A stretch of 64,000 nucleotides of DNA from Nitrospirota bacterium (GTDB taxonomy: Bacteria > Nitrospirota > UBA9217): NCBI GenBank assembly GCA_963796285.1, contig CAWCKW010000012.1, positions 416,001-480,000 on the forward strand. Direction: 5' to 3'. The notes below the pieces were generated by a model. It had not been told where the DNA came from, did no database searches, and saw nothing but the letters and a program-made list of their open reading frames with translations. A program made the position numbers and the translations under genes. Positions 9,026 through 20,356 of this stretch are shown piece after piece; the first letter of the stretch is position 1, and the number at the start of each line of letters is the position of its first letter.

Positions 9026-9259
9026 ACTCTTTTGATGATGAGATGTGTACCAATCTACAAGTTGTCGGATCATTTTTTGATACGACGTGTGATGCTTTTT
9101 GGCTTCTTTCTTGAAGAATTCAATGCTCGATTTCTTCAGGGCGAGCGTCACCTTGACATTGTCCTCCTTGAGGACCAGTTGCCCCGGAGGCGGCAGAAAA
9201 TCACTCACGACTTTCAGCTTTCCCATCGGTTCATCGGTGTACTTAATTTTGCTCTTCAT
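9020..9259 (-). CDS. CopG/BrnA-like RHH antitoxin
   Basis: KIKYTDEP...DFLPPP...VKVTLAL...FFKKEAKKHHTSYQKMIRQL; overlaps the upstream BrnT-like toxin. Confidence 0.8.
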   Translation of the reverse strand: MKSKIKYTDEPMGKLKVVSDFLPPPGQLVLKEDNVKVTLALKKSSIEFFKKEAKKHHTSYQKMIRQLVDWYTSHHQKSA

Positions 9260-9494
9260 ATAACTTCCTTCCTTTCCGCCAATATCCTGCTCCGTATATC
9301 CGGATGATATTTCCTCTGTACGTGAAGCGAACGGTCATAATCCCTTCTCCGACGCGACCTATGCAATAATATCGATTCTCCTCGGCACTATGTTCCTCAT
9401 CCTCCGCGATGATGCGATGAGGGTCCAGAAAAGCGTGTTGAGCAAGCGAAAAAGATATATTATGCTTTTTCTGATTTTCCTGGTCCTTGTCCTC
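9243..9494 (-). pseudogene. BrnT (DUF497) family toxin lacking its start and N-terminal FEWD segment
   Basis: Manual translation [46 protein letters not shown]...[31 protein letters not shown]; no in-frame start before the attC. Confidence 0.75.
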
Positions 9495-9529
9495 GTTAAT
9501 TCCTCCATCAGCTTTTCGTACCGTTCCCC

Positions 9530-9589
9530 TTCTAACGCGCGGCTGACGCGCCGCCTTTTAGCGCGTCGCTGTCGGGCCGCTCGTTTACA
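9530..9589 (-). repeat. integron attC site with a degenerate R'' box
   Basis: Minus strand TGTAAAC-GAGCGGCCCGACAGCGACGCGCTAAAAGGCGGCGCGTCAGCCGCGC-GTTAGAA hairpin. Confidence 0.7.
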
Positions 9590-9722
9590 TTCGAGTTTTA
9601 CGGATTCGTCTTTGGTGCTCTGTCATCTGCATATTCTTTCATGGCATCGGATAGCAATTGAACAACCGAATTCTCGAAGGCAGCATCAAGGATGTAAAGT
9701 TGCTTCTTTTGAGAAGCCGAGA

Positions 9723-9854
9723 CTGCAGGCGGGCTACGACCTCCGCACGATCCAGGAACTGCTCGGGCACGCCGACATCCGAACTACGATGATTTATACC
9801 CACTGTGTGCCGAGCAGGACAATCAAGGAAGTCGCCAGCCCGCTGGATTTCTGA
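9723..9854 (+). pseudogene. intI: C-terminal remnant of an integron integrase (tyrosine recombinase box II)
   Basis: [27 protein letters not shown]...SPLDF*; opposite strand to the cassettes. Confidence 0.8.
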
Positions 9855-9976
9855 TCAGCGCGGCGCATGGCGCTGACATTATCCCCACCTGCTGTTTATC
9901 TTCCCTCATGCCGCGGAAACCCCTCATCGAATACCCCGGTGTTCTGTAACGTCATCGCCCATCCATTATCGGCCCA

Positions 9977-11224
9977 TCACTCCTTACGGACGTTCGGTCC
10001 GCCGCCATTCACTCTGCTGAGCAGGACCAGGCCAATGACAAAAAAAAGCGCAATGGAGAGGATCGCGGGCCGCTGGCTTCCGAAGGTTGACGATACGAAG
10101 CCGAAGACAAGAGGACCGAGGATTGCCGAAGATTTACCCACAAGAGAGTAAACACCGAAATATTCCGCTTCACTGCCCATTGGCACGAATTGGGTGTAAA
10201 AGGCGCGCGTACCGGCCTGCACCGTCCCGAGCCCCAATCCGGCTGTGCATGCCACGGCCCAGAACTGTGGTTTGGTCTGCACAAAATAAGCGATCACGGC
10301 GACGAGGGTCCAGAGGACCAGGGAGAGCATGACGATCTTTTTGGGCCCCCAGGTGTCGGTGGGTTTTGCCAGGACAAAGGCGCCGATGAGTGCGGTGAAT
10401 TGTACGGTGATATAGAGCCCGACGAGCTCACCCATTCCGAAATGCAGTGTCGTTGCCGCAAATATGCTTGAAAAGACGATGACCGTGTTGACGCCGTCTT
10501 CATATAACAGGTAGGCGATCAGAAATTTTCTCGGTTCTCTGCGTTTCCAGAGCGCCTTGATGGTTGTCCAGGCCTGCTCAACGCCCCGGGTCCCGGCTTG
10601 CAGTGCGGTGATATCAGCCCGCGTGTCTCGCGGCAAAAAAAGGAACGCGGGAAGGGAAAAGAGTGCGAAGAAGACCGCCGTGGCGATCCACGTCAGTCCG
10701 TACTGCCCGGATTTAACAAGCGGCAACGCGATCAGGAGAGAGGCGATGGAGCCTGCATATCCGACGCTGAAGCCCCAGCCCGACACCCTGCCGTGATACT
10801 CCGCCGGGGCTATTCGTGGAAGGAAGGAATTGTAGAAGACCAGGCCGCCTTCCATGCCGATGTTTGCGAACACGATCAGGATGAATCCGGCGATCACCGC
10901 GCCCGGCGTGAGGAGCGTCAACCCGGTCAGGGCAACGACGCATATCGCGGTATAGAATGCAAGAAGCCGTTTCTGCAGACCCGCGTAGTCGGCGATGCCG
11001 CCGAGGAACGGAGAGGAAAGGGCTATGAAGAGCATGCTCAAGGAGATGGCCCGACCCCACCAGAGATCGCCCTCACCGGAGCTGTTCCCGACGATCACGC
11101 CGGCGTAATAGACCGGGAATATGACCGCGGCGATAACAGCCGAGTAGCTTGAGTTCGCAAAATCGAAGAGACACCAGCTGAGTATCTGTTTTTTGTCCAC
11201 TGTCCTCGCTAAGGGAGCATGCAT
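9977..11224 (-). CDS. MFS transporter (UMF1/ATG22-like)
   Basis: SWCLFDFANSSYS, FYNSFLP and VSGWGFSVGY motifs; about 12 hydrophobic segments. Confidence 0.85.
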   Translation of the reverse strand: MHAPLARTVDKKQILSWCLFDFANSSYSAVIAAVIFPVYYAGVIVGNSSGEGDLWWGRAISLSMLFIALSSPFLGGIADYAGLQKRLLAFYTAICVVALTGLTLLTPGAVIAGFILIVFANIGMEGGLVFYNSFLPRIAPAEYHGRVSGWGFSVGYAGSIASLLIALPLVKSGQYGLTWIATAVFFALFSLPAFLFLPRDTRADITALQAGTRGVEQAWTTIKALWKRREPRKFLIAYLLYEDGVNTVIVFSSIFAATTLHFGMGELVGLYITVQFTALIGAFVLAKPTDTWGPKKIVMLSLVLWTLVAVIAYFVQTKPQFWAVACTAGLGLGTVQAGTRAFYTQFVPMGSEAEYFGVYSLVGKSSAILGPLVFGFVSSTFGSQRPAILSIALFFVIGLVLLSRVNGGGPNVRKE

Positions 11225-11411
11225 GACGCATTATCATATAAATGAATCGTAAATGCAACGTATTCGGAAAATATGCGATACAGAACCAATTTGTGATCCG
11301 ATGTTCATTAGTGCTGGTTTATTGAATGCATACCAGCCGCCACCCAAACGAATATGTTGACTTTGTGGCGAAATTTAACTACTATCATTTTCGAGCGCTC
11401 ACGTCAAAAGG

Positions 11412-12059
11412 ATGGTGATGAAGATGAAAATACGGCTTCTACTGGTTATTGTTCTCGCCATGGTGTTGTCGGCAACATCGAACAGTTTCGCAGCCATCTA
11501 TAAATATATCGATAAAAACGGCATCATTTGTTTCGCCGACGATCTTCAGTCTATTCCTGAACAGTGCCGCGCAACGGCCAAAATAGTCAGTGGTGAGCAG
11601 GAAGAAGAAAGGAAACCCGCACTACAAAAACAACCGGAGACGCAGGCGGAAGCAATGCCGGGGAATGCATCATCCTCTGACCGGGGAAAGGTATCGATTG
11701 AAGGCACTGTTAAAAGCCTTTACAGCAGCAGGCTTCTGATCTCCGTCGTAGTCGTGGTGAGCGCTCTGTTCGCTTTTGTGATCCTGGGGATCCTCGATGC
11801 GGACCATAAAAAGGCAATTAGAATTGTCCGCGCCGTCATTTTGTGGGGGATGTCTGTTTACCTGATCGTTGCTCATGCGGGGGATGTTGTTCATATGTTC
11901 AGAACGTTGGAAGGCAAGGTCGATACGGTTCACCGTGAATCCGAGGAAAAAGGGAAAAAGGCCGCTAAAGCAATAAAAGAGATGAATGCTTTCATGGAGC
12001 ACGGTAACAATGCTGCATCACAGGATTCCGGAGGCGTTGATCCGGAGAAGAGGGACTAA
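11412..12059 (+). CDS. DUF4124-like domain membrane protein
   Basis: Signal peptide, AIYKYIDKNGIICFADD motif, two later TM segments. Confidence 0.65.
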   Translation: MVMKMKIRLLLVIVLAMVLSATSNSFAAIYKYIDKNGIICFADDLQSIPEQCRATAKIVSGEQEEERKPALQKQPETQAEAMPGNASSSDRGKVSIEGTVKSLYSSRLLISVVVVVSALFAFVILGILDADHKKAIRIVRAVILWGMSVYLIVAHAGDVVHMFRTLEGKVDTVHRESEEKGKKAAKAIKEMNAFMEHGNNAASQDSGGVDPEKRD

Positions 12060-12071
12060 GGTCAGCACCTG

Positions 12072-13457
12072 TCAGATGGTTTCCGTTACCAGCTTGATCG
12101 ACGTAAACACGATCTGCACCATTTGCTTGAGTTCCTGAAGCGATATCGAGAGCGGCGGCATGAGTACGAGAACATCCCCGAGGGGACGAATAATAAGCCC
12201 TCGATTGCGGCATTCCAGTACTATTCTGGCGCCGATCTTGTCCACAGACGGATAGGGCATTTTCGTTGCCCTATCCTTTACCAGCTCAATCCCGACCATG
12301 AAGCCTTTCTGCCTGATATTGCCGACGTGCTTCAGTTCTGAAAAACGCGCCAATTCCTTTTTCAAATAGGCTATCTTCGGCTGGAGCCTGGTCAGTGTCT
12401 TCTCCTTTTTGAAGAGATCAATGCTGGCGATGGATGCGGCGCAGGCGAGGGGATTCCCGGTGTAGGTGTGGCCGTGGAAGAAGGTCCGGAATTCCTGGTG
12501 TTCACCGAGGAATCCGCGATAGATTTCCTCTGTGGTGAGCGTTGCCGCCAGGGGAAGGTATCCGCCGGTGATCCCCTTGGCCATGCACAGAATGTCCGGG
12601 GTCACCTGTTCGTGCTCGCAGGCGAACATCTTTCCGGTCCTGCCGAAGCCGGTTGCTACTTCATCCGCGATCATCAGAATATTGTTCTTCGTACAAAGCT
12701 CCCGGGTCCGTTTTACGTAGCCCGGCGGTTGAATGAGCATGCCGGCGGCCCCCTGGACCAGGGGCTCGATGATAAGGGCCGCGGTCACCGAGGCGTATTT
12801 CTCGATTGTTCTCTCGGCGTGCATGAGGCAGGTCTTCTGGCATTCCGGCCAGGCCAAACCGTACGTGCAGCGATAACAGTGGGGCGAATCGATTTTCCTG
12901 GTCTGGAACAGGAGTGGCCGGTAGATAGTGTGAAAAAGGTCGATGCCTCCCACGCTCACAGACCCAAGGGTATCGCCGTGATACGCCCCGCTGAGTGAAA
13001 TGAACCCGGTTTTTCGCTGGTGCGCCGGTCCTTTCTGCTGCCAGTACTGGAAAGCGATCTTGAGCGCGATCTCCACCGCTGTGGAGCCGCTGTCGGAATA
13101 GAAAACCTTTGTAAGTCCGGCAGGCGCAATTGCAATGAGTTTTTCCGCGAGCAGGATAGCCGGTACGTTGGAGAGCCCCAGCAGGGTAGAGTGGGAGATC
13201 TTCTTGAGCTGTTTTTCCAGCGCCTGGTCTATTTCTTTTTTACGATGTCCGTGAACCGTAACCCAGAGCGAAGATACCCCATCGATGTATTTTTTACCGT
13301 GGATATCGGTAAGGACCGACCCCTTGCCGCTTTCGATGATGACGGGCGTGTCCTTTCCCCAGTCCTTCATTTGGGTAAAGGGATGCCAGATATATTTTTT
13401 GTCCAGTTTTTCCAGGTGCCCTGCGGCAGGTTTTTTTGATTGGCCTTTTGGTGGCAA
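12072..13457 (-). CDS. bioA: adenosylmethionine-8-amino-7-oxononanoate aminotransferase
   Basis: IWHPFTQM, SDSGSTAVEIALK, YHGDT, DEVATGFGRTG and AKGITGGY motifs. Confidence 0.95.
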   Translation of the reverse strand: MPPKGQSKKPAAGHLEKLDKKYIWHPFTQMKDWGKDTPVIIESGKGSVLTDIHGKKYIDGVSSLWVTVHGHRKKEIDQALEKQLKKISHSTLLGLSNVPAILLAEKLIAIAPAGLTKVFYSDSGSTAVEIALKIAFQYWQQKGPAHQRKTGFISLSGAYHGDTLGSVSVGGIDLFHTIYRPLLFQTRKIDSPHCYRCTYGLAWPECQKTCLMHAERTIEKYASVTAALIIEPLVQGAAGMLIQPPGYVKRTRELCTKNNILMIADEVATGFGRTGKMFACEHEQVTPDILCMAKGITGGYLPLAATLTTEEIYRGFLGEHQEFRTFFHGHTYTGNPLACAASIASIDLFKKEKTLTRLQPKIAYLKKELARFSELKHVGNIRQKGFMVGIELVKDRATKMPYPSVDKIGARIVLECRNRGLIIRPLGDVLVLMPPLSISLQELKQMVQIVFTSIKLVTETI

Positions 13458-13496
13458 AAATCATGCCCTCTTTCCCGAATGTATTGGAACATTGGC

Positions 13497-13524
13497 ATTA
13501 TAGGCCATCAGTCATTTTTGTCAA
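13497..13524 (-). promoter_or_regulatory. sigma70 promoter for bioA
   Basis: TTGACA-N16-TATAAT on the minus strand. Confidence 0.6.
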
Positions 13525-13633
13525 TAATAAAAAGGGCTTGAAAAGATTCGTATCTTTCTGGTAGAATAGGAATCGCTGACTAAAAAGAACTCATCACAGG
13601 TGCAGATGTATCCTCCGGAGGTCTTTCATACCC

Positions 13634-15133
<1,500 letters not shown>

Positions 15134-15324
15134 CCTCAATTGATAAATAAACGTCCACTCTCAAACGCCAGATCACAAATAAGAACCAAATAGCAAATAA
15201 TGCCAGGCACTCATTGTCAAAGTCCGAACGTTATTGATATGGAAGTGATGAGTTTGGAGCTTATTCGAGATGCGGGAATTGTCGGATGCAATGTATAAAT
15301 TTTATTTAAAAGGAGGTGAGAAAG

Positions 15325-16338
15325 ATGGGACTTATCGTTATTCGTATAATGTTTATTTCTTTAGGCACGCTGCTGGGATACTATGTTTCCACCCAGCTCT
15401 ATGATCAGGTCAGCAAGATAGAGGGGATGGCCATTGGTGTTGGTGTTACGGTACTGATTATTCTTACCGAATATTTGTTTAGAAAGGTCTCATTAAAAGT
15501 CATTGTCGGTGGTATCCTTGGTTTTATCCTTGGCCTGATGTCCGCAAATATTATAGCGACACCGCTCAAGCTCGTGCCGCTTGAACGAAGCATCGTGAAT
15601 TTCATCCTCCTGCTCATGAACGGTTTCTTCGGCTACATCGGAATTGTCATTGGTATCCGGGAGGGTGAGAAGTTCAACCCCATGAGCCTTAAAAAGCTCT
15701 TCAAAGGCGGCTCGGAAGAGAACATCAAGATCATGGATACGAGCGTGATCATCGACGGCAGGATCGCTGACGTGTGCGAGACCGAATTCATCGACGGAAC
15801 CATCCTCATCCCGCAGTTCATCCTGCACGAACTCCAGCATATTGCCGATTCCTCAGACTCACTCAAGCGGGCGCGGGGAAGACGGGGTCTTGATATTCTG
15901 CACCGTATCCAGAAGATGAGCCACATGGAAGTGCGGATCACCGAAGAGGACTTCCCCAAGATCCGCGAAGTGGACAGCAAACTGATCGCCCTGGCCAAGA
16001 AGCTCGGCGCCAAGGTCATCACGAACGATTTCAATCTCAACAAGGTCGCGGAACTCCAAGGCGTCAAGGTCCTGAATATCAACGATCTGTCGAATGCAGT
16101 GAAGCCCGTGGCGCTTCCGGGAGAGAGCATGCGGGTATTCGTTCTCAAGGAGGGCAAGGAGCTGGGCCAGGGAGTGGCCTACCTTGATGATGGCACGATG
16201 ATCGTGGTGGAGAACGGCCGCAAGCACATCAACAAGAACGTTGATGTGACGGTCACGAGCGTGCTCCAGACCGCGGCGGGACGAATGATCTTCACAAAAC
16301 TCAAGGAAGATATGGAGCACGAGCAGACGGATAGGTAG
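15325..16338 (+). CDS. PIN/TRAM domain membrane protein (YacL family)
   Basis: Four N-terminal TM segments; DTSVIIDGRI, TNDFNLNKVA and QGVAYLDDGTM motifs. Confidence 0.92.
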   Translation: MGLIVIRIMFISLGTLLGYYVSTQLYDQVSKIEGMAIGVGVTVLIILTEYLFRKVSLKVIVGGILGFILGLMSANIIATPLKLVPLERSIVNFILLLMNGFFGYIGIVIGIREGEKFNPMSLKKLFKGGSEENIKIMDTSVIIDGRIADVCETEFIDGTILIPQFILHELQHIADSSDSLKRARGRRGLDILHRIQKMSHMEVRITEEDFPKIREVDSKLIALAKKLGAKVITNDFNLNKVAELQGVKVLNINDLSNAVKPVALPGESMRVFVLKEGKELGQGVAYLDDGTMIVVENGRKHINKNVDVTVTSVLQTAAGRMIFTKLKEDMEHEQTDR

Positions 16339-16453
16339 TTCAAACAGTAACTATTGAATGCAAAATGCAAAATGAAATATTGAAAAGTGCGAAGATAAAA
16401 GCCGCTTTGCAATTTTCCTTTTTGACATATTTATTTGAAATACAGGAGGTTTC

Positions 16454-17200
16454 ATGTCAGGACATTCAAAATGGGCAACAACGAAACACAAAAAAGCGGC
16501 AACTGATGCGAAGCGGGGAAAGAGCTTTACGAAGATCGGGAAGGAGATTACCGTGGCGGCCAGACTGGGCGGCGGTGACCCCAATGGGAACCCGCGTCTC
16601 AGGACCGCCATCGCCAATGCGAAAGCTATAAGCCTGCCTGGCGAGAATATCAAGCGTGCTATCCAAAAGGGCACGGGCGAACTGCCCGGGGTCTCGTACG
16701 AGGAGATAACCTACGAAGGATACGGCCCGGGCGGCGTAGCGGTCATTGCCGAGTCCATGACCGACAACCGGAACAGGACTGTTTCCGAGATCCGAAATAT
16801 TTTCAGCAAGGCCGGCGGCAATATGGGCGAGGCGGGCTGCGTTTCCTGGATGTTCCATAAGAAGGGGTATCTGGTGGTCAACAAAGCCAAGATCGATGAG
16901 GACAAGCTTATGACACTGGCCCTCGATGCAGGGGCCGAGGACATGCAGCCTGAGGACGATAATTTCGTGATCACGACGGCGCCGAACGATTTTGAGAAGG
17001 TGAAGAAGGTGCTTGAAGATGCGGGCGTTGCAACGGAGGTTGCCGAGATCACCATGATCCCGCAGACCTATGTCAAGCTCGATGGCAAGGAAGCCCAGCA
17101 GATGCTGCGTTTAGTAGAGACGCTCGAGGACAATGACGATGTCCAGAACGTGTATGCCAACTTCGATATACCGGAAGAGATATTGAATGCGATGCAATAG
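16454..17200 (+). CDS. yebC: YebC/PmpR family protein
   Basis: [15 protein letters not shown] and DDVQNVYAN motifs. Confidence 0.96.
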   Translation: MSGHSKWATTKHKKAATDAKRGKSFTKIGKEITVAARLGGGDPNGNPRLRTAIANAKAISLPGENIKRAIQKGTGELPGVSYEEITYEGYGPGGVAVIAESMTDNRNRTVSEIRNIFSKAGGNMGEAGCVSWMFHKKGYLVVNKAKIDEDKLMTLALDAGAEDMQPEDDNFVITTAPNDFEKVKKVLEDAGVATEVAEITMIPQTYVKLDGKEAQQMLRLVETLEDNDDVQNVYANFDIPEEILNAMQ

Positions 17201-17212
17201 CGACAATTAAAA

Positions 17213-17343
17213 AACAAGCACCAATGACCAAGCACCAAATAACAAATAAATTTCAATAATCAAACATCAAGTTCCAAACGTTTGGTTATTGTCATTTGGT
17301 GTTTGGTTATTATTTGTAATTTGGTATTTGGAACTTGGAATTT
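17213..17343. repeat. imperfect inverted repeat with about 7-bp periodicity
   Basis: caagcac caatgac caagcac caaataa caaat ... atttggt atttgga acttgga attt. Confidence 0.65.
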
Positions 17344-17361
17344 TTCTAGGCAGGGGGATTT

Positions 17362-17925
17362 ATGAGGGTGATGGGAATTGATCCGGGGACGCTGACGAGC
17401 GGTTATGGGATCGTAGTGGAAGAGGACCATAAGTTGTTCCACGTGGTATCGGGCGGTATCAGCCCGTCGGCAAAGCAGCCATTTCCCATGCGGCTTAAGA
17501 AGATCTATGAAGAACTTGAGAAGATTATCGACAAGTACCGGCCGCACGTGGTCGTTGTCGAGGACCTGTTCGTTTCCAAGAACATCAAATCCGCGCTCAA
17601 GCTCGGGCACGCCCGGGGTGTCGCGATCCTCGCGGCCATGAATGCCGGTTTGCCTGTGTTCGAATACGCCCCGCTCGAGGTCAAGCAGGCGGTAGTGGGG
17701 AACGGCAAGGCCGAAAAAAAACAGGTGCAGTTAATGGTCAAGGCCCTGCTCGATCTTCCCAAGGTTCCCCATCCTGCTGATGCAGCCGACGCCCTTGCCG
17801 CCGCGATCTGTCATATCCATTCATCGAGGCTCAGGGAAATCCTCAAAAACCCGTCTTCCCTGCGGCAGCCCGGGAGAGGCGTGAGCGGTTTCAGGAGCGC
17901 CGGCATCCGCGGAACGCGGGCCTGA
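17362..17925 (+). CDS. ruvC: Holliday junction resolvase
   Basis: GIDPG, VEDLF, LGHARG and DAADALAAAICH motifs. Confidence 0.96.
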   Translation: MRVMGIDPGTLTSGYGIVVEEDHKLFHVVSGGISPSAKQPFPMRLKKIYEELEKIIDKYRPHVVVVEDLFVSKNIKSALKLGHARGVAILAAMNAGLPVFEYAPLEVKQAVVGNGKAEKKQVQLMVKALLDLPKVPHPADAADALAAAICHIHSSRLREILKNPSSLRQPGRGVSGFRSAGIRGTRA

Positions 17926-17929
17926 CCCT

Positions 17930-18532
17930 ATGATCGCATGGCTTTCAGGCAAACTCAGGCACAAGGCCACCGACTATCTGATTATCGACGTTGCCGGTAT
18001 AGGATATCAGGTCGCGGTGCCGCTCTCGACGTATCTCGGCATCCCTGATGAGGGAGAGGTCGTCAGCCTCCATATTCATACCCATGTTCGAGAAGACGCG
18101 CTTTCCCTTTTCGGTTTTTTGACCGAGGCGGAGAAGAACATGTTTTTGCTCCTTATGGGTGTTTCCGGGATTGGTTCCAAACTTGCGCTTGCAATCCTAT
18201 CCAGCCTTTCCGTCCAGGATCTTTCACGCGCTATTCAGGCCTCCGATGATTCCAGACTCCGCTTGATCCCCGGTATCGGGAAAAAAACTGCCGCGCGAAT
18301 GGTCCTTGAATTAAAAGACAAGATGAAATTGATCATTCCCGCGGTTCCAGCACCGTTGTCAGGTCCGGCTGTGGTGTCAGATGACATCGAGGACGTGACA
18401 TCGGCGCTCGTGAATCTTGGATACAAAAGACCGCAGGCGGAAGAAACGGTCAGAAAAATCAGACATGCCCGTCCTGACCTTGGGGTCGAAGAACTGATCA
18501 GGGAAGCGCTCCAAATGTTGCTGAAGAGGTAG
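17930..18532 (+). CDS. ruvA: Holliday junction DNA-binding protein
   Basis: HVREDALSLFGF and IPGIGKKTAARMVLELK motifs. Confidence 0.96.
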   Translation: MIAWLSGKLRHKATDYLIIDVAGIGYQVAVPLSTYLGIPDEGEVVSLHIHTHVREDALSLFGFLTEAEKNMFLLLMGVSGIGSKLALAILSSLSVQDLSRAIQASDDSRLRLIPGIGKKTAARMVLELKDKMKLIIPAVPAPLSGPAVVSDDIEDVTSALVNLGYKRPQAEETVRKIRHARPDLGVEELIREALQMLLKR

Positions 18533-18568
18533 CTCCATACTGTTTCATAAGGGACGAGGTAAACGGCA

Positions 18569-19588
18569 ATGCCGGAAAGGATCATAGAACCCGAGCAGAA
18601 CGATGACGACGTACAACTCGACCGGAGCCTTCGGCCTGTCCGTTTTGAGGACTTTATCGGCCAGGACAGGATCAAGGAGAACCTGCGAGTATTCATCGAG
18701 GCTGCCAAAGGAAGGGGTGAGGCGCTCGACCATGTGCTGTTTTGCGGACCGCCGGGGCTCGGCAAGACGACGCTTGCGCATATTATTGCGCATGAACTCG
18801 GCGTGAACATCAAGTCGACGTCCGGCCCGGTGCTCGAACGCGCCGGCGATCTCGCCGCAATCCTTACGAATCTCCAGGAGCGTGATGTCCTGTTTATCGA
18901 TGAGATCCACCGGCTGAACCGGGTGGTTGAAGAGATCCTGTATCCGGCAATGGAAGATTTTCAGCTCGATATCATCATCGGCCAGGGACCGGGAGCGCGA
19001 TCCATAAAGCTCGACCTGCCGAACTTTACGCTCGTGGGGGCCACCACGAGGACCGGTCTCCTGACGTCTCCGCTCAGGGACCGTTTCGGGGTGATCGACC
19101 GGCTCAATTTTTATTCCCCGGACGAGTTGAGGACGATTGTACAGCGTTCGGCGGACCTTTTACTGACAAAGATCGATGCGGCCGCAGCCTCAGAGATAGC
19201 CCGTCGCTCCCGGGGCACACCGAGGATAGTCAATCGCCTGCTCCGGAGAGTGAGGGATTTTGCACAGGTGGAGGGCGACGGGGAAATCACGAAGGGACTC
19301 GTTGAGAGCTCAATGAAACGGCTTGAAGTGGATGAAAAAGGTTTTGATCATATGGACCGGAGGCTTTTACTGACGATCATCGATAAGTTCGAAGGAGGGC
19401 CGGTAGGCCTCGAAACCCTTGCAGCGGCGCTGAGTGAAGAAAAGGACACGCTGGAGGATGTGTACGAACCCTTTCTGATACAGGAAGGATTCCTCGACCG
19501 CACCCCCCGGGGCAGACAGGCAACGCGCCGTGCCTATGAGTATTTCGGAAGGAAAAAGCCCGCATCGGATCAGGAAAGATTATTATGA
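18569..19588 (+). CDS. ruvB: Holliday junction branch migration helicase
   Basis: [17 protein letters not shown] and RSRGTPR motifs. Confidence 0.97.
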   Translation: MPERIIEPEQNDDDVQLDRSLRPVRFEDFIGQDRIKENLRVFIEAAKGRGEALDHVLFCGPPGLGKTTLAHIIAHELGVNIKSTSGPVLERAGDLAAILTNLQERDVLFIDEIHRLNRVVEEILYPAMEDFQLDIIIGQGPGARSIKLDLPNFTLVGATTRTGLLTSPLRDRFGVIDRLNFYSPDELRTIVQRSADLLLTKIDAAAASEIARRSRGTPRIVNRLLRRVRDFAQVEGDGEITKGLVESSMKRLEVDEKGFDHMDRRLLLTIIDKFEGGPVGLETLAAALSEEKDTLEDVYEPFLIQEGFLDRTPRGRQATRRAYEYFGRKKPASDQERLL

Positions 19589-19729
19589 GAAAAGTGGACA
19601 GAGGAACGAATACGGATAACAGCTTAACAGACAATGGATGGACAGGGAGAAGATCTTTGTTTGCTCTTGCGTGTCCTCCGTCATCTGGGTTCTGTTATAT
19701 TTATCACTGATGTCAGAGAGTCTGGAACA

Positions 19730-20266
19730 ATGAACGTGTTTCTCCATATATGCTGCGCTCCCTGCGCACTTTATCCTTATTTCAGGCTGAAGGAAGAAGG
19801 ATTCGAGCCAACAGGATTTTTCTATAATCCGAATATCCATCCATATCTGGAATACAAAAAAAGGCTTGATACGGTCAAAGAGTTCTCGTCCCGCGTGGGT
19901 CTTGAGGTCCATTATCAGGATGGTTACGACCTCGACCAGTTTCTCCTTCGCATTGCGGGCACAGGAACCCAGAGGTGTGAGCATTGTTACCGGATTAGAC
20001 TGAATGCAGCCGCCGCTGCCGCTGCGCGGGAAAAGGGGTTCGGCGCCTTCACAACGTCTCTTCTGTATAGCAAGTTCCAGAAGCATGACCTGATCAAAGG
20101 AATTGCGAAAGAGGCGGCGGCAGAACACGGCATCGAGTTTTATTATGAGGATTTCCGGCGCGGTTGGCGGGAAGGGGTCGTAGAGTCCAGGGCCATGGGT
20201 CTCTACCGTCAGCAATACTGCGGCTGTATCTACAGTGAAAAAGAGAGGTACGAAAAGCACTCATGA
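19730..20266 (+). CDS. queH: epoxyqueuosine reductase QueH (DUF208)
   Basis: LHICCAPC, FYNPNIHP and YRQQYCGCIYS motifs. Confidence 0.9.
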   Translation: MNVFLHICCAPCALYPYFRLKEEGFEPTGFFYNPNIHPYLEYKKRLDTVKEFSSRVGLEVHYQDGYDLDQFLLRIAGTGTQRCEHCYRIRLNAAAAAAAREKGFGAFTTSLLYSKFQKHDLIKGIAKEAAAEHGIEFYYEDFRRGWREGVVESRAMGLYRQQYCGCIYSEKERYEKHS

Positions 20267-20294
20267 GCTTTCAGTTCACTGCGGAGCACGAAGA

Positions 20295-20350
20295 ATCCCC
20301 CTCTCCTCAATCCCCTCCCTCCTCGGGAGAGGGTGGGGTGTGAAGGGTAT
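20295..20350. repeat. REP-like GC-rich hairpin
   Basis: CCCCCTCTCCTCAATCCCCTCCCTCCTCGGGAGAGGGTGGGGTGTGAAGGG; degenerate relatives near 26625-26645 and 60633-60680. Confidence 0.5.
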
Positions 20351-20356
20351 GTACCG

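Noticed and set aside
9390-9854. 154-aa ORF as a real integrase gene
   Set aside because: Only the last 43 codons are integrase-like; the rest is antisense to the toxin remnant, the attC and a cassette fragment
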